Notes under the pieces: generated by a model
Told to the model about the DNA's origin: nothing
Seen by the model: only the letters and a program-made list of their open reading frames with translations
The model's database searches: none
In this document: one piece after another, positions 21,028 to 30,293 of the stretch
How the letters are laid out: every line of letters begins with the position of its first letter
How positions within the stretch are numbered: position 1 is the first letter of the stretch
Assembly (NCBI GenBank): GCA_046290225.1
Contig: JBKAGE010000078.1
Span: 160,001 to 224,000, forward strand
DNA from: Bradymonadia bacterium
GTDB taxonomy: Bacteria > Myxococcota_A > Bradymonadia > UBA7976 > UBA1532
Direction of reading: 5' to 3'
Length of the DNA: 64,000 bases
Translations under genes and position numbers: made by a program

Positions 21028-21527
21028 GCAGCCACCCACCAGATGAATGCGCCCCCTGTGGCGGCACCCAGGAGCGCCGCGGCAGACATGGGCACCCACG
21101 GCCGCGCCGCCCCGGCGACCACACCGGTCAAAATGGGCGCGGCGCCCACCTGAGCGAGGACGTCACCCACCTGACCGGAGTCGGCGATGCCGAGGCGTAC
21201 GAGCCAGATCCATCCAGGCACGGAGGCGAGCAACGCCACGAAGGCGGGCCACGCGCCGAGGGCGACACTTCGGACCGCCCGGCGCCGTGGATCCACCAGG
21301 GTCCACCCGGCGACGCATCCAGCGATGGCCAGCACTACGAGGATGGACCAGATCAAGGCGCCCGTCTGGACCACCTGCCCTCGCCAGACATCGCCGGTCT
21401 GACCGAACCAGTGGGTGCGGTGCACCGCAGCGGCATGGGTGTACAGCGGCAGCACGAGGGCCGAGATCACGACCACGCCCCACAATCCGCCGCTGGTGGC
21501 GATGCGCCAGACTCTCACCGATGCCAC
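21024..21527 (-). CDS. Hypothetical multi-pass membrane protein (possible ABC permease-like)
   Basis: Several hydrophobic segments; overlaps the ABC ATPase gene; start uncertain. Confidence 0.5.
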   Translation of the reverse strand: MASVRVWRIATSGGLWGVVVISALVLPLYTHAAAVHRTHWFGQTGDVWRGQVVQTGALIWSILVVLAIAGCVAGWTLVDPRRRAVRSVALGAWPAFVALLASVPGWIWLVRLGIADSGQVGDVLAQVGAAPILTGVVAGAARPWVPMSAAALLGAATGGAFIWWVAA

Positions 21528-22216
21528 CCCAGCGAGGCAGCCAGCCGATCGGAGAAGTCCGGCTCGCCTCGGCTCACCTCGAAGTGAGCAGCCCCGTCTT
21601 TGAGGCAAATCACCCGATCGCACACCGACTGAGTGAAATACGGCGCAGCTGCAGTGCAAATGATGGTGGCCCCTCCTGCGGAGGCCGCTCGAATCGCCGA
21701 CGAGATTTGTCGCAGCCCTGGCCCGTCCACGCCCTCTTCCGGGGCGTCGAGCAAGAACACCCGAGGCTGCAGAATCCAGAGCCTCGCCATGGCGAGGCGC
21801 CTCGACTCACCGCGAGAGAGCGCGTGCACTGGTCGATCCAGGGCGTACTCCATCTCGAGCTGTTCCGTGGCTTCGGCGAGGCGGGTGCGGGCGACATCCT
21901 GAGCCACCCCATCCAGATCGGCCCACAACTTGAGCCACTGTGACACCGTGAGGGCGTGCGGCCCTGGGAGCGTGTGGCCCATCCACCCGGAGATGCTCTT
22001 GAGTCGGCCTGTCTGGCGGGTGATGTCCCGGCCTTCGAGCTTGATGCGGCCGCGATCCGGGGCCCGCAGACCTGCGAGCACCTCGAGGGCGGTGGACTTG
22101 CCTGACCCCGAGAGGCCCACGATGCCCAGCACCTCGCCTGGCCGGGCGGTGAGATCGAGGCGGTTCAGACGCACCACCTCGTGATCCTCCACCACCACAC
22201 CGATCAGCTCAATCAT
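21515..22216 (-). CDS. ABC transporter ATP-binding protein with degenerate catalytic motifs
   Basis: Walker A GLSGSGKS, signature LSRGE, Walker B FLLDAP, H-loop lacking His. Confidence 0.85.
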   Translation of the reverse strand: MIELIGVVVEDHEVVRLNRLDLTARPGEVLGIVGLSGSGKSTALEVLAGLRAPDRGRIKLEGRDITRQTGRLKSISGWMGHTLPGPHALTVSQWLKLWADLDGVAQDVARTRLAEATEQLEMEYALDRPVHALSRGESRRLAMARLWILQPRVFLLDAPEEGVDGPGLRQISSAIRAASAGGATIICTAAAPYFTQSVCDRVICLKDGAAHFEVSRGEPDFSDRLAASLGWHR

Positions 22217-22293
22217 CGCTCAACCACCTCACATCGCGATGTGCCTCATGAGCCCGGGGATCGCACACCGCGCACCCAGACGCAAACACATCG

Positions 22294-23847
22294 TCAGCCT
22301 GGATCTTCGACCTGGGGCACGATCAAAGCCTCTGGTGTCACTGCGCGCCGAGGTGCTGGCTCGACCCACCATCCCGAGAGCTCGGCCGACTGCATGTCGA
22401 CCACCACGTCACCCAACGGCAGATGTGCGGCGCCGAGGCCGATGGGGCTTCGGGTCGCTCCGGCGAGGGCCCCTGCAGGCCACTCGGGGAATGCCTCCTG
22501 CTCACCGGCGACCTCGGCGGTGGTCTCTGCCGTGAAGGCGAAATACACGAGACGCCGCCGGTCACCGGGCTCGGCGGTGAGCATCCAATGGCCCTCCTCG
22601 GCGGCGAGGGTCAGGCAGGCCCCCACCGGGCGCGCCTCTTCCAAGCTGGCCTGCTCGGCCCCGGGCAGGCTGAAACCGCCCCCGACCGCAACGCTCAGAT
22701 CGACCACCCCCACTGAGAGCGCCTCGTCACCGACGGGGATCATCAAGGCTTCTGCCTGGGTCACGGCGATGGATGCACCCTGAGGCGGGAGCACACAGGC
22801 GCCGATCCAGCAGGCCAGCGCTGTCGCCACTCCAGCTCTGGGCATACGCAGCGCCAGAAGTGCAGAGACCACCAGGCCCAACAGCACCGCCCAGATCCAC
22901 CAGGCAAAAGCGCCCGCCGGGCGACCATCTACTGGAGGCCTCGCGGAGAGCCAGCTGAGTACGTGGGCCAGAGGTGCTGGGGGGCGCTCGAAGAGCACAT
23001 CGGTCACCGGGCCTTCAGTGAGGGCCTTCAGACGCACCCCCACCACCCGCACCCTGCCGAGGCCGAGGAACCATTCTGTGACCAGCGGCGAGCCATCGGC
23101 GGTGAGCAGCACCTGCCCCTGGCCCTCAGGAGAGACGGGCCGATGCCCGGCAGCCTGAGGCAGAGCGCCCTTGAGCGCCGGACCTGGGCGGCGGGCCGGG
23201 GTAAGTGCCCCTTCAATGAAGTCCTGCATGACGCCGGTCTCGTCGGCCCCCTCTCCCACAGCGATCACGAGCATGCTGCCCGAGGCCACCGCTCGGCGCA
23301 GGGCGCGACGTCGCTGGGGGGTCAGCGCCACGAGATCTGCCAGTTCGATGAGCATCCACGGGGCAAAGCGCAGCGCTGCGAAGTGCTGTGGCAGCTCTTC
23401 GAGGCCTTGATGTATTACGCGGTGCCCTTGAGGCTTGAGCAGGGCTGCGAGCTGAGCCCGACCCGCCGTGGCGCTCGAGATCCACAACGTTGGCGGGCCT
23501 GTCTCAAAAGCGACAGGAGACACCTTCACCGTCTCTTGCTGGCCCTCGGTGAGGATGTTCAGCTCTGGGGCTGGCCCCACGCTGCCATCAGCGCACTGCA
23601 CGTGCACCGAGGCCGTGGTGTACCCATCGAGGGACACCGCGAGTTGGAGGGCATTCTCCGGGCCCACCATCGCCTGGGTGGGGTGCAGCCCCACATTCTC
23701 GATCTTGATCTCGGTCGTGGCACCATCGCCCACCTTGGATGAGGTCACCGGCCCCGCCCCAAAGGCAGAGCCAGCCATCAGGCAGCAGATGGCAGGAAAG
23801 AGGATCGAGGCAGGATCAAGAGGCCAGATGCCCCTGAGGTGAGCCAT
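22294..23847 (-). CDS. Hypothetical exported/membrane protein
   Basis: Signal-like N-terminus, internal TM pair; operon position. Confidence 0.6.
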   Translation of the reverse strand: MAHLRGIWPLDPASILFPAICCLMAGSAFGAGPVTSSKVGDGATTEIKIENVGLHPTQAMVGPENALQLAVSLDGYTTASVHVQCADGSVGPAPELNILTEGQQETVKVSPVAFETGPPTLWISSATAGRAQLAALLKPQGHRVIHQGLEELPQHFAALRFAPWMLIELADLVALTPQRRRALRRAVASGSMLVIAVGEGADETGVMQDFIEGALTPARRPGPALKGALPQAAGHRPVSPEGQGQVLLTADGSPLVTEWFLGLGRVRVVGVRLKALTEGPVTDVLFERPPAPLAHVLSWLSARPPVDGRPAGAFAWWIWAVLLGLVVSALLALRMPRAGVATALACWIGACVLPPQGASIAVTQAEALMIPVGDEALSVGVVDLSVAVGGGFSLPGAEQASLEEARPVGACLTLAAEEGHWMLTAEPGDRRRLVYFAFTAETTAEVAGEQEAFPEWPAGALAGATRSPIGLGAAHLPLGDVVVDMQSAELSGWWVEPAPRRAVTPEALIVPQVEDPG

Positions 23848-23853
23848 GTGAGA

Positions 23854-24954
23854 TCACTTCGCGCCAGCGGCGTCCAAGGCTGCGTTCATGGAGATCACCG
23901 CACGGGCGGTGGCCAGGAGGGGGTTCCCCTCCCAGTACTTGGGATCGTCGTTCTTCCAGGACCCGTCGGCCTTCTGCATCGACATGAGCTTGGTGATCAG
24001 ATCGTTGGCCCAGTTCCGGGGCCGGCCCTTGCCATCAGGGATGGTGGCTTCACCGTAGGCCTTCAGGGCGCTGGCAGCAGTCTGGTAGTAGTAGAAGAGG
24101 CTGGTCTGGCCCATGCCGGGGTGCTCGTCGAAGGTGTAGTTCTTCTTGATCCAGCCCCAGGCGGCGCCCACCCGAGGATCGCCCTTCTTCACATCGGTGA
24201 AGATCAGGCTCTTGAGGCCGGCGAAGGTCATGGCACCGTAGCTGGCGAGCTTGCCCTCCTTGCTCTTCGACGCGCCGGGCTCGTAAACGAACCCACCATC
24301 ATCACCGGCCCACCCCTGATCGTTGGACTCGGAGCGGTTCTGGCAACGGGAGATGAAGACCTCGGCCTTGCCCCACACGTCGCTCTTGGGGTCATAGTCG
24401 GTCTCTCGCAGAGCCTCGAGGGCGTACTGCAGATTGCTCAGATCAGGGCGCTCGTCGCCGCCGTAACCGATGCCTCCATAGTACTTGTCGGTGGGCTTGT
24501 ACTTCTGGTCCTCGTCAGTCTGGAACCGGGCGAGGAAGTCCTGGCCGCGCTTGATTTGGTCCTTGAACTTCACCTTGTCCACTGCGTGAAGGGCGATGAT
24601 GGCCAGGGCGGTGTTGTAGGTCGGGGTGGCGTCACCGCTGATGGCGCCGTCCGCCCGGGACTGGCTCACCAGCCAGTCTGCGGCGCGGCTGATGTAGGGG
24701 CCGTCGGCGTACCCATACTTGCGGTGGCTGCGGGCGAAGGCGGTGAGCACCATCGAGGTGAGGCCCACGTGGTTGCCATAGGACCCGGTCTTCTCGTCTT
24801 GCAGGCCCCGCAGAAAGCGCAGGCCCTTGTCGACGGACTTCTTGGCCTTGTCGGCCACAGCGGGGTCAACCCCCTGGCTCGACGCCACAGTGGGGGTCAC
24901 CAGGGTGAAAGCACCAAGGGCCAGAGCCCCCAAAGCGATACGCATAGACTTCAT
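23854..24954 (-). CDS. Exported prenyltransferase/squalene-cyclase-repeat (alpha/alpha barrel) protein
   Basis: Signal peptide MKSMRIALGALALG; QW-type repeats QSRADGAI and QKADGSW; RPDLSNLQYALEAL, SYGAMTFAGLKSL; AAGGAG RBS. Confidence 0.8.
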   Translation of the reverse strand: MKSMRIALGALALGAFTLVTPTVASSQGVDPAVADKAKKSVDKGLRFLRGLQDEKTGSYGNHVGLTSMVLTAFARSHRKYGYADGPYISRAADWLVSQSRADGAISGDATPTYNTALAIIALHAVDKVKFKDQIKRGQDFLARFQTDEDQKYKPTDKYYGGIGYGGDERPDLSNLQYALEALRETDYDPKSDVWGKAEVFISRCQNRSESNDQGWAGDDGGFVYEPGASKSKEGKLASYGAMTFAGLKSLIFTDVKKGDPRVGAAWGWIKKNYTFDEHPGMGQTSLFYYYQTAASALKAYGEATIPDGKGRPRNWANDLITKLMSMQKADGSWKNDDPKYWEGNPLLATARAVISMNAALDAAGAK

Positions 24955-25649
24955 GGCGCGCTCCTTTCGGGCTGGCCAGCAGCGCGGATCGACCAGATCA
25001 GCGCCACCACCGCCCATGCAATCAAGACAACCAGGCCCCACAACCAGGAGATGGGGTGAGCTTCCACCACTCCGCTGAGGGTCCCGGCATAGAACCAGGG
25101 ATCTTGCAATGTCGACAGGCCTGCGGCGTCGAGGGCCGAGCCCACAGGGTGCAGGCCCACGGTCAGCGATGACAACCAGGGCGAGGCTGAGGTGACACCG
25201 AACCACGGCGCCAGAATCACAGGCATCGAAGCCCACAGCATCGCCAGGGCCACCACCGGGGTCCACGCCCCACCTGCAGAGGCTGCTCGCCGATCGAGGG
25301 CATCGGCGACGATCACCCACAGCATGGCCCATGCGATGAGGCTCAGCGCTGGCGCAACCCGGCCTCCGGTACCCAACAGCGCACCCGTGATCACCACCGT
25401 GAGGGGTGGTACGAGCTCGAGGCAGACCAGCCTCGGGGTCCGGCGCGCCATCCGAAGGGCGGTTCGAATGCCCCAGTCCCGTCGCTTCTGGTCCTGGCCG
25501 ATGACCAGCCACGGCGCCAGCAGGGCGACACCCGCGAGAACCCATAGACGGGTGGCGAGCGGGTCCGGCAGCCACAGTGGCAGGCTGAGGGCACAGGCCA
25601 TGCCCACCAACCACCTCACCCAGCTCAGTCGCACCACCAGGCGCAGCAT
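24951..25649 (-). CDS. Hypothetical multi-pass membrane protein
   Basis: About six hydrophobic segments; stop overlaps the next ATG (ATGA). Confidence 0.65.
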   Translation of the reverse strand: MLRLVVRLSWVRWLVGMACALSLPLWLPDPLATRLWVLAGVALLAPWLVIGQDQKRRDWGIRTALRMARRTPRLVCLELVPPLTVVITGALLGTGGRVAPALSLIAWAMLWVIVADALDRRAASAGGAWTPVVALAMLWASMPVILAPWFGVTSASPWLSSLTVGLHPVGSALDAAGLSTLQDPWFYAGTLSGVVEAHPISWLWGLVVLIAWAVVALIWSIRAAGQPERSAP

Positions 25650-25887
25650 CGAAACTCCTCTGCCGGATACACTCTGCCGAGCACATGTCTGCACACCGCC
25701 CGGCGGCAGCCTGTCACGGCATGTTCAGTGATGCAACTTGAGCCACATCGGACTCAGCGTGCTCCTCGAAGACCACACGTCGGCCAACAGTGGAAAAAAC
25801 ATCAGATTTTCAGGAGCAGACGCCGTACGAGGCGATCCATGCACCCGTAACTTCACCTATGAGATGAAGCGCGCGGTGGGGGTGGGG

Positions 25888-26442
25888 CTACATCTTGTAC
25901 TTGGTCAGGGCCTCAGGCTCGGAGCTCACCAACCAGGCAGCGAGCCGGTCACGGGCATCGTCGTCATCGGCGAGGGCCATGGGAGCCACTGGCCCTTCTT
26001 CTTCGTCCTCCAAGATCTCGGCCCCGAGCGTCTGGGCCTCGGCGAAGACGTTCGCAGCCACGCGGATCGGTGCCTTGTTCCTCAGCGCCAGGGCCACACC
26101 GTCAGAGGGCCGGCAGTCGATGTGATGTTCAAAACCGTCGATGTCGGTGAGCACGAGGTTGGCGAAGAAAGTGCCCTGCTCCAGTGCGCAGATGTCTACG
26201 CGATCAAGATGGGCCTCCAGGGCGAGGAGCAGCGTCGTGGTGAGATCGTGGGTCATCGGACGGCGGGGCTCTGCCCCTTCAGCGGCGGCGGCGATGGCGC
26301 TGGCCTCCGACATGCCGATCCAGACTGGCAGGAGCACTTTGCGCTGCTCGTCTTCGAGCAGCAGAATGGGCGCCTTCGAGTTCTGCTCGATGGCGATGCC
26401 TCTCACTTCGACCTCGATATAACGGTCATCGGCGTTGGACAT
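25888..26442 (-). CDS. Bifunctional nuclease (DUF151) family protein
   Basis: LPVWIG..EA.AI, RPMTHDL, IDCRPSDGVALALR. Confidence 0.92.
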   Translation of the reverse strand: MSNADDRYIEVEVRGIAIEQNSKAPILLLEDEQRKVLLPVWIGMSEASAIAAAAEGAEPRRPMTHDLTTTLLLALEAHLDRVDICALEQGTFFANLVLTDIDGFEHHIDCRPSDGVALALRNKAPIRVAANVFAEAQTLGAEILEDEEEGPVAPMALADDDDARDRLAAWLVSSEPEALTKYKM

Positions 26443-26518
26443 GACGTGCTCCTTGGGCGAACGCAGCCTGGGACGCCCAGACGCGTAATCTCAACCTAGT
26501 GAGCCCGCGAGCGCGCGG

Positions 26519-27838
26519 TCAAGCTTGGCGCCGGCGCCGGTGGAGGACCGCCACCGTCTCCACGTGCCCAGTGTGGGGAAACAGATCGAACGCCTGTACG
26601 TGCGCGAGGTGCCAGTGTGCCTTCATCTCCCCTACATCACGGGCGAGGGTCGCCGGATCACAGGCGACGTAGATCACCCGCTCCGCCCCGGTGGTGTGCA
26701 GCGCAGAGGCGAACGTTCGAGCACCCGCACGCGGTGGGTCGAGGATCACCACAGGTGCTTCATTCAGCGCCTGGGCGAGGGCTGGCGAGAGCCTGCCCAG
26801 ATCCGCCGGACCCTGATCGGCGTTGCCCAGGTGGAGCACGCTGGCGGCCAGCTCATCTCGGGCCTCGAGCGTGGCTCGGAGTGCTTGAGCGGCAGCCCCG
26901 TCATGCTCCACGGCATGCACCTGATAGCCTGCCTGAGCGAGGGGCACGGTGAAATTGCCGCTCCCAGCGAACAGCTCCACCACAGAGGCACCAGGTTCAG
27001 CTGCAGCCCCGACATGCGCCATCACGTGGGTGACGAGGGCATCATTCCCAGGTCGGTGAGCTTGTACAAAAGCCCCCGCAGGATGAGGGATGCCGAGGGT
27101 ACCGAGTAAATTCTCAGGTCGCCCGGTCTCATGAATCACGCGTCCGCGGCGGCCAAGGATGACACCGCCGTGGCATCGGGTGCTCCGGGCAACGAGCTGA
27201 TCGAGCGCGGTCGACAAATCACGAGGCGCCCCCTCCCCAGGTTGGATCGCCACCGTGCCCGAAACCTCTCCAGGCGCAACCGTGAGGCGGATGACCCCCC
27301 TACCCTTCAACTGGCGGGACAACAGCGTCGCCACATCAGATCTCAGCGCGTCGACCTCTGGGGTGAGGACCGGACAGGACGCCACGGGCACGACGGCGTT
27401 GCTCCCTGATTGGAAGAAACCCACACGCCCGTCGTGCCATTGCAGACGCGCGGTCGACCTCCAGCCACGATCGGTCTCGTGGCTCCAAATCGGGGCGATC
27501 TGCGCCGAGGGCTCGGCTCTGTGCGCCCACCGCACGGTGTGGGCCTGAAGCGCGGCGTGCTGCAACTGACCTGTAGTGGTTTGCCAGGGGCACCCCCCAC
27601 ACTGCTCGGCGTGGGCACAGAAAGCGTCCACCCGGCCCGGCCCGCTGGAGATGATCTGGTCAACCCGACCCTCAGCGAACTGCTTCTTGATCCGCGTCAG
27701 GGTCACGCGGACTTCGTCACCAGGGGCACCGCCGCGCACGAAGATGATCCGACCGTCGGCAGCCCTGGCCACCATGCGACCCCCGAAAGCTGGACGCTCG
27801 ATCACCAGGGTGACCTGCTGGCCACAGGCGAGCGTCAT
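26519..27838 (-). CDS. rlmD: RlmD/TrmA-family RNA (uracil-C5)-methyltransferase with TRAM domain
   Basis: CAHAEQCGGC Fe-S motif, FVQ, ELFAGSGNF, LDPPRAG, YVACDPATLARD, DLFPHTGHVE; exact substrate not provable from sequence. Confidence 0.8.
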   Translation of the reverse strand: MTLACGQQVTLVIERPAFGGRMVARAADGRIIFVRGGAPGDEVRVTLTRIKKQFAEGRVDQIISSGPGRVDAFCAHAEQCGGCPWQTTTGQLQHAALQAHTVRWAHRAEPSAQIAPIWSHETDRGWRSTARLQWHDGRVGFFQSGSNAVVPVASCPVLTPEVDALRSDVATLLSRQLKGRGVIRLTVAPGEVSGTVAIQPGEGAPRDLSTALDQLVARSTRCHGGVILGRRGRVIHETGRPENLLGTLGIPHPAGAFVQAHRPGNDALVTHVMAHVGAAAEPGASVVELFAGSGNFTVPLAQAGYQVHAVEHDGAAAQALRATLEARDELAASVLHLGNADQGPADLGRLSPALAQALNEAPVVILDPPRAGARTFASALHTTGAERVIYVACDPATLARDVGEMKAHWHLAHVQAFDLFPHTGHVETVAVLHRRRRQA

Positions 27839-28410
27839 CGTCGGGAGAAGGGTTGATGTGGTGAGCCCAACGCGTACTCGAAATCGAAGCGCACGGTGAG
27901 CTGGCCGAGGGCCTCTCCAGATCGGCCATCGGAGACCTGCAATGGGGAGATGCTGCCTTGCACCCGGTCGCCAGATCCCGTGCCGAAGCTCTGAAGCGCA
28001 AGGGTGCCACTGAACGCCAGGCTATGACGACCACCAGGGCAGGTATCGCCGAGGTGCAACCCCACCCGCACGTTCTCTTCCATGCCGATGGCGTTGTCAC
28101 CGATGACGAGGGCGTCAGTGTCTCTGATCTGAATGAACAGGCCATCTACATCAGGTGGGTAGTAGGACCCTTTCTGAATTCGAATGAAGGCCTGATCTCC
28201 GGTGACATCCATGGTGAAGAAGTCGGGATCGAGATCGAAGGCGCGACAATCCGAGACGCCTTCGGCGCACGTGAGGGCACGGGTCTCGCCATCTTCGCAC
28301 TCGGGGATGGTGAGAGAGCCGAAGACATCGCCACTCGAGTTGTTGTCGCACCCCGAGGCAAGCACCATCACCATCAAGATGCCTGGTGACCAGAGTTTGC
28401 TGAGACTCAT
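27835..28410 (-). CDS. Hypothetical lipoprotein
   Basis: MSLSKLWSPGILMVMVLASGC lipobox; ATGA overlaps on both sides. Confidence 0.7.
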   Translation of the reverse strand: MSLSKLWSPGILMVMVLASGCDNNSSGDVFGSLTIPECEDGETRALTCAEGVSDCRAFDLDPDFFTMDVTGDQAFIRIQKGSYYPPDVDGLFIQIRDTDALVIGDNAIGMEENVRVGLHLGDTCPGGRHSLAFSGTLALQSFGTGSGDRVQGSISPLQVSDGRSGEALGQLTVRFDFEYALGSPHQPFSRR

Positions 28411-28679
28411 GTGATCTTCCTCACGTGCACAGGCTCGCCCACTTCGAGGGCAAATTGTCGAGTTGCTGACCGCTCGCGCACCGCGCACTCTACGGTGCCT
28501 TCACTGCCGATGAGCGTGATCGGCGCGCCGATGTCTACCTCACTGTACGAGACAGCGGGGCCCTCCAACTCAGCGAGATCGACCAGGTGCGCCTCTGGCG
28601 CGGCGCTGAGCACACGGCCGCGCATTGCGTCCACAAAGCCATCGACGTCGCCGAAGTCGGTGAGGAGGGTGACGATCAT
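28407..28679 (-). pseudogene. Internally deleted SAM hydrolase/halogenase (DUF62) family gene, 90 aa
   Basis: N-terminal IVTLLTDFG..DGFV..MRG.VLS.APEA.LVDL joined in frame to C-terminal SYSEV..G....LIGSEG.VECAV...SA. Confidence 0.7.
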
Positions 28680-28763
28680 GGGCGGCAGGGTAACGAACAC
28701 CCTGCGTGGGCACCAGAGTTTGGGCGTGTCAGCGCAAATGTCGAGCAGGTGGCCGTGTAGAGC

Positions 28764-29393
28764 TCACTTGAGCACGTTGACGTGCACCTGCACTTTGAGG
28801 AGCAGCTTCAGCGCCAGGGCGTTCTTGGGCACAGGCTGGAAGGCTTCGAGGGTGAGTGCAGTGTCTACGCCGACTGAGAACGCCAGCTCAGAGAGTTGCG
28901 CGGAGGCGGATCCTGGCGCGCCAAGGTCATATTCGATCTCCCGAAGGGCGATGGCGGTCTCTGCGGGGATCCCCACAGTGCGCCCCAATCGCATGCCCTC
29001 GGCGACGTCGGCCATGGTGGGCGGGCCGAAGTACAGGTCGATGGGATCTACGTCTGCGGGGGTCTGGTTCGGGGCCCGTACTTCGTATTCCACGGAGACG
29101 AGTTCTACCCCTTCGAGCTTCTTTCGATGCTTCTTGAGCAGCTTGGCATCGTCTTCTCGGCCTGTCTCTTCAAGGTGGGCGATGACGTCCACTGGGAGCG
29201 AAACGGCGAGCCCGTGAGAGACGGACTCGGGCAGTCCCGGGAGATCCTGAGGTGGCAGCCGCACGGTGACGGGGATCTCGGTCTCTACGGTGACCCGCGG
29301 GACCTCGTCCAAGCCGAACACTTCTGAGAGGTTGCCACAGGCGGTGGAAGAAAAGAGCAGCGCAGCAGCGGCGAGGATACGCACGATGGGCAT
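28764..29393 (-). CDS. Hypothetical lipoprotein
   Basis: MPIVRILAAAALLFSSTAC lipobox; beta-rich mature domain. Confidence 0.7.
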   Translation of the reverse strand: MPIVRILAAAALLFSSTACGNLSEVFGLDEVPRVTVETEIPVTVRLPPQDLPGLPESVSHGLAVSLPVDVIAHLEETGREDDAKLLKKHRKKLEGVELVSVEYEVRAPNQTPADVDPIDLYFGPPTMADVAEGMRLGRTVGIPAETAIALREIEYDLGAPGSASAQLSELAFSVGVDTALTLEAFQPVPKNALALKLLLKVQVHVNVLK

Positions 29394-29461
29394 GACAGGC
29401 TCCGATCAGAGGTTTTACCTCTAGAACGTCAGCCCACAGCACAGATGGAGGGGGCGGGTCA

Positions 29462-30277
29462 TCACAGCACCTCGGCGCACCCACCCCGACCACAGCCACC
29501 GACGAAGGCCCGCTCACCGGGCACCACCACCCGCTTGCACTTGCGGCATGGGTGCCCTTCTGCGCGGGTATGCTCCAGGCCACTCGTCCGATCGCGCTCC
29601 AGCTCTTCGGAGAGGGCCTTCTGACCCGCACCGAGGGCCTCCAAGGACCGAACAGCGGGGCCGATCTGAGCGATCATTTCGTCTTGTGTGAGCTGCCCTG
29701 GGCCAGATGCCCTGATCTCCACCACACCGAGGGCCAGGCGGCACTCCCAGGGGGTGGGCCAGAGATCGCTCAGGCGCCTCAGGGCCCAGCGCACCCTCGA
29801 CTCATGGGTCCACCAACGCCAGAGGGCGTCGTCGTCTGTCTCCATCGACAGCACTGCAATGGCAGAGTCCTTGATGGACCAGACCACCTCCGACATGCCC
29901 TTCACCCAGCCCTCCAGCGGCGGCTGTGGGGGACAGCACAGCCGCCCGGCCACGGGCACGGCCTCAGGGCCGACCAGTCTCAAGGTCACGGACCACCCAC
30001 GGCGATCGAGGGACCACGAAGCTGTGATCTCTCCATAGTCGGAATGCACTCTGATCTCGGGACGGCCAGCGCCGCTCCAGTGCACCTTGAGCTCACCACC
30101 CAGAGCCTTCGCCGCAGAGCTCCACGCCGCCCCCGGCGACCGTTCACGGGTCAACTGCCTCTCTACCAGGGCCACGAGGGCAGGCAGCGCGAGGCACAGA
30201 CCCGCTATGGCCCACCAGAGCAGGTCGCCCTCTCGAGGCCCGAGGGCGGCCCACAGAGTTGTCACGTTCACCCCCAT
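29462..30277 (-). CDS. Hypothetical membrane protein with C-terminal Cys cluster
   Basis: N-terminal TM; C-terminal CRKC...CGRGGC; divergent from the sigma54 activator. Confidence 0.55.
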   Translation of the reverse strand: MGVNVTTLWAALGPREGDLLWWAIAGLCLALPALVALVERQLTRERSPGAAWSSAAKALGGELKVHWSGAGRPEIRVHSDYGEITASWSLDRRGWSVTLRLVGPEAVPVAGRLCCPPQPPLEGWVKGMSEVVWSIKDSAIAVLSMETDDDALWRWWTHESRVRWALRRLSDLWPTPWECRLALGVVEIRASGPGQLTQDEMIAQIGPAVRSLEALGAGQKALSEELERDRTSGLEHTRAEGHPCRKCKRVVVPGERAFVGGCGRGGCAEVL

Positions 30278-30293
30278 CTCCTATCTTCGAGCG

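Noticed and set aside
23854..24954. Squalene-hopene cyclase/hopanoid cluster
   Set aside because: Too short, exported, no DxDD motif, no hpn genes nearby
25733..25747. Sigma54-like TGGCTCAAGTTGCA on the minus strand upstream of the MoxR operon
   Set aside because: GG-to-GC spacing is 8 rather than the required 10
30087..30293. Upstream extensions given by the ORF track (also at 4058, 6712, 10525, 25686, 28488, 42708)
   Set aside because: Most overlap neighbouring genes, and downstream starts give signal peptides, RBSs or stop/start coupling
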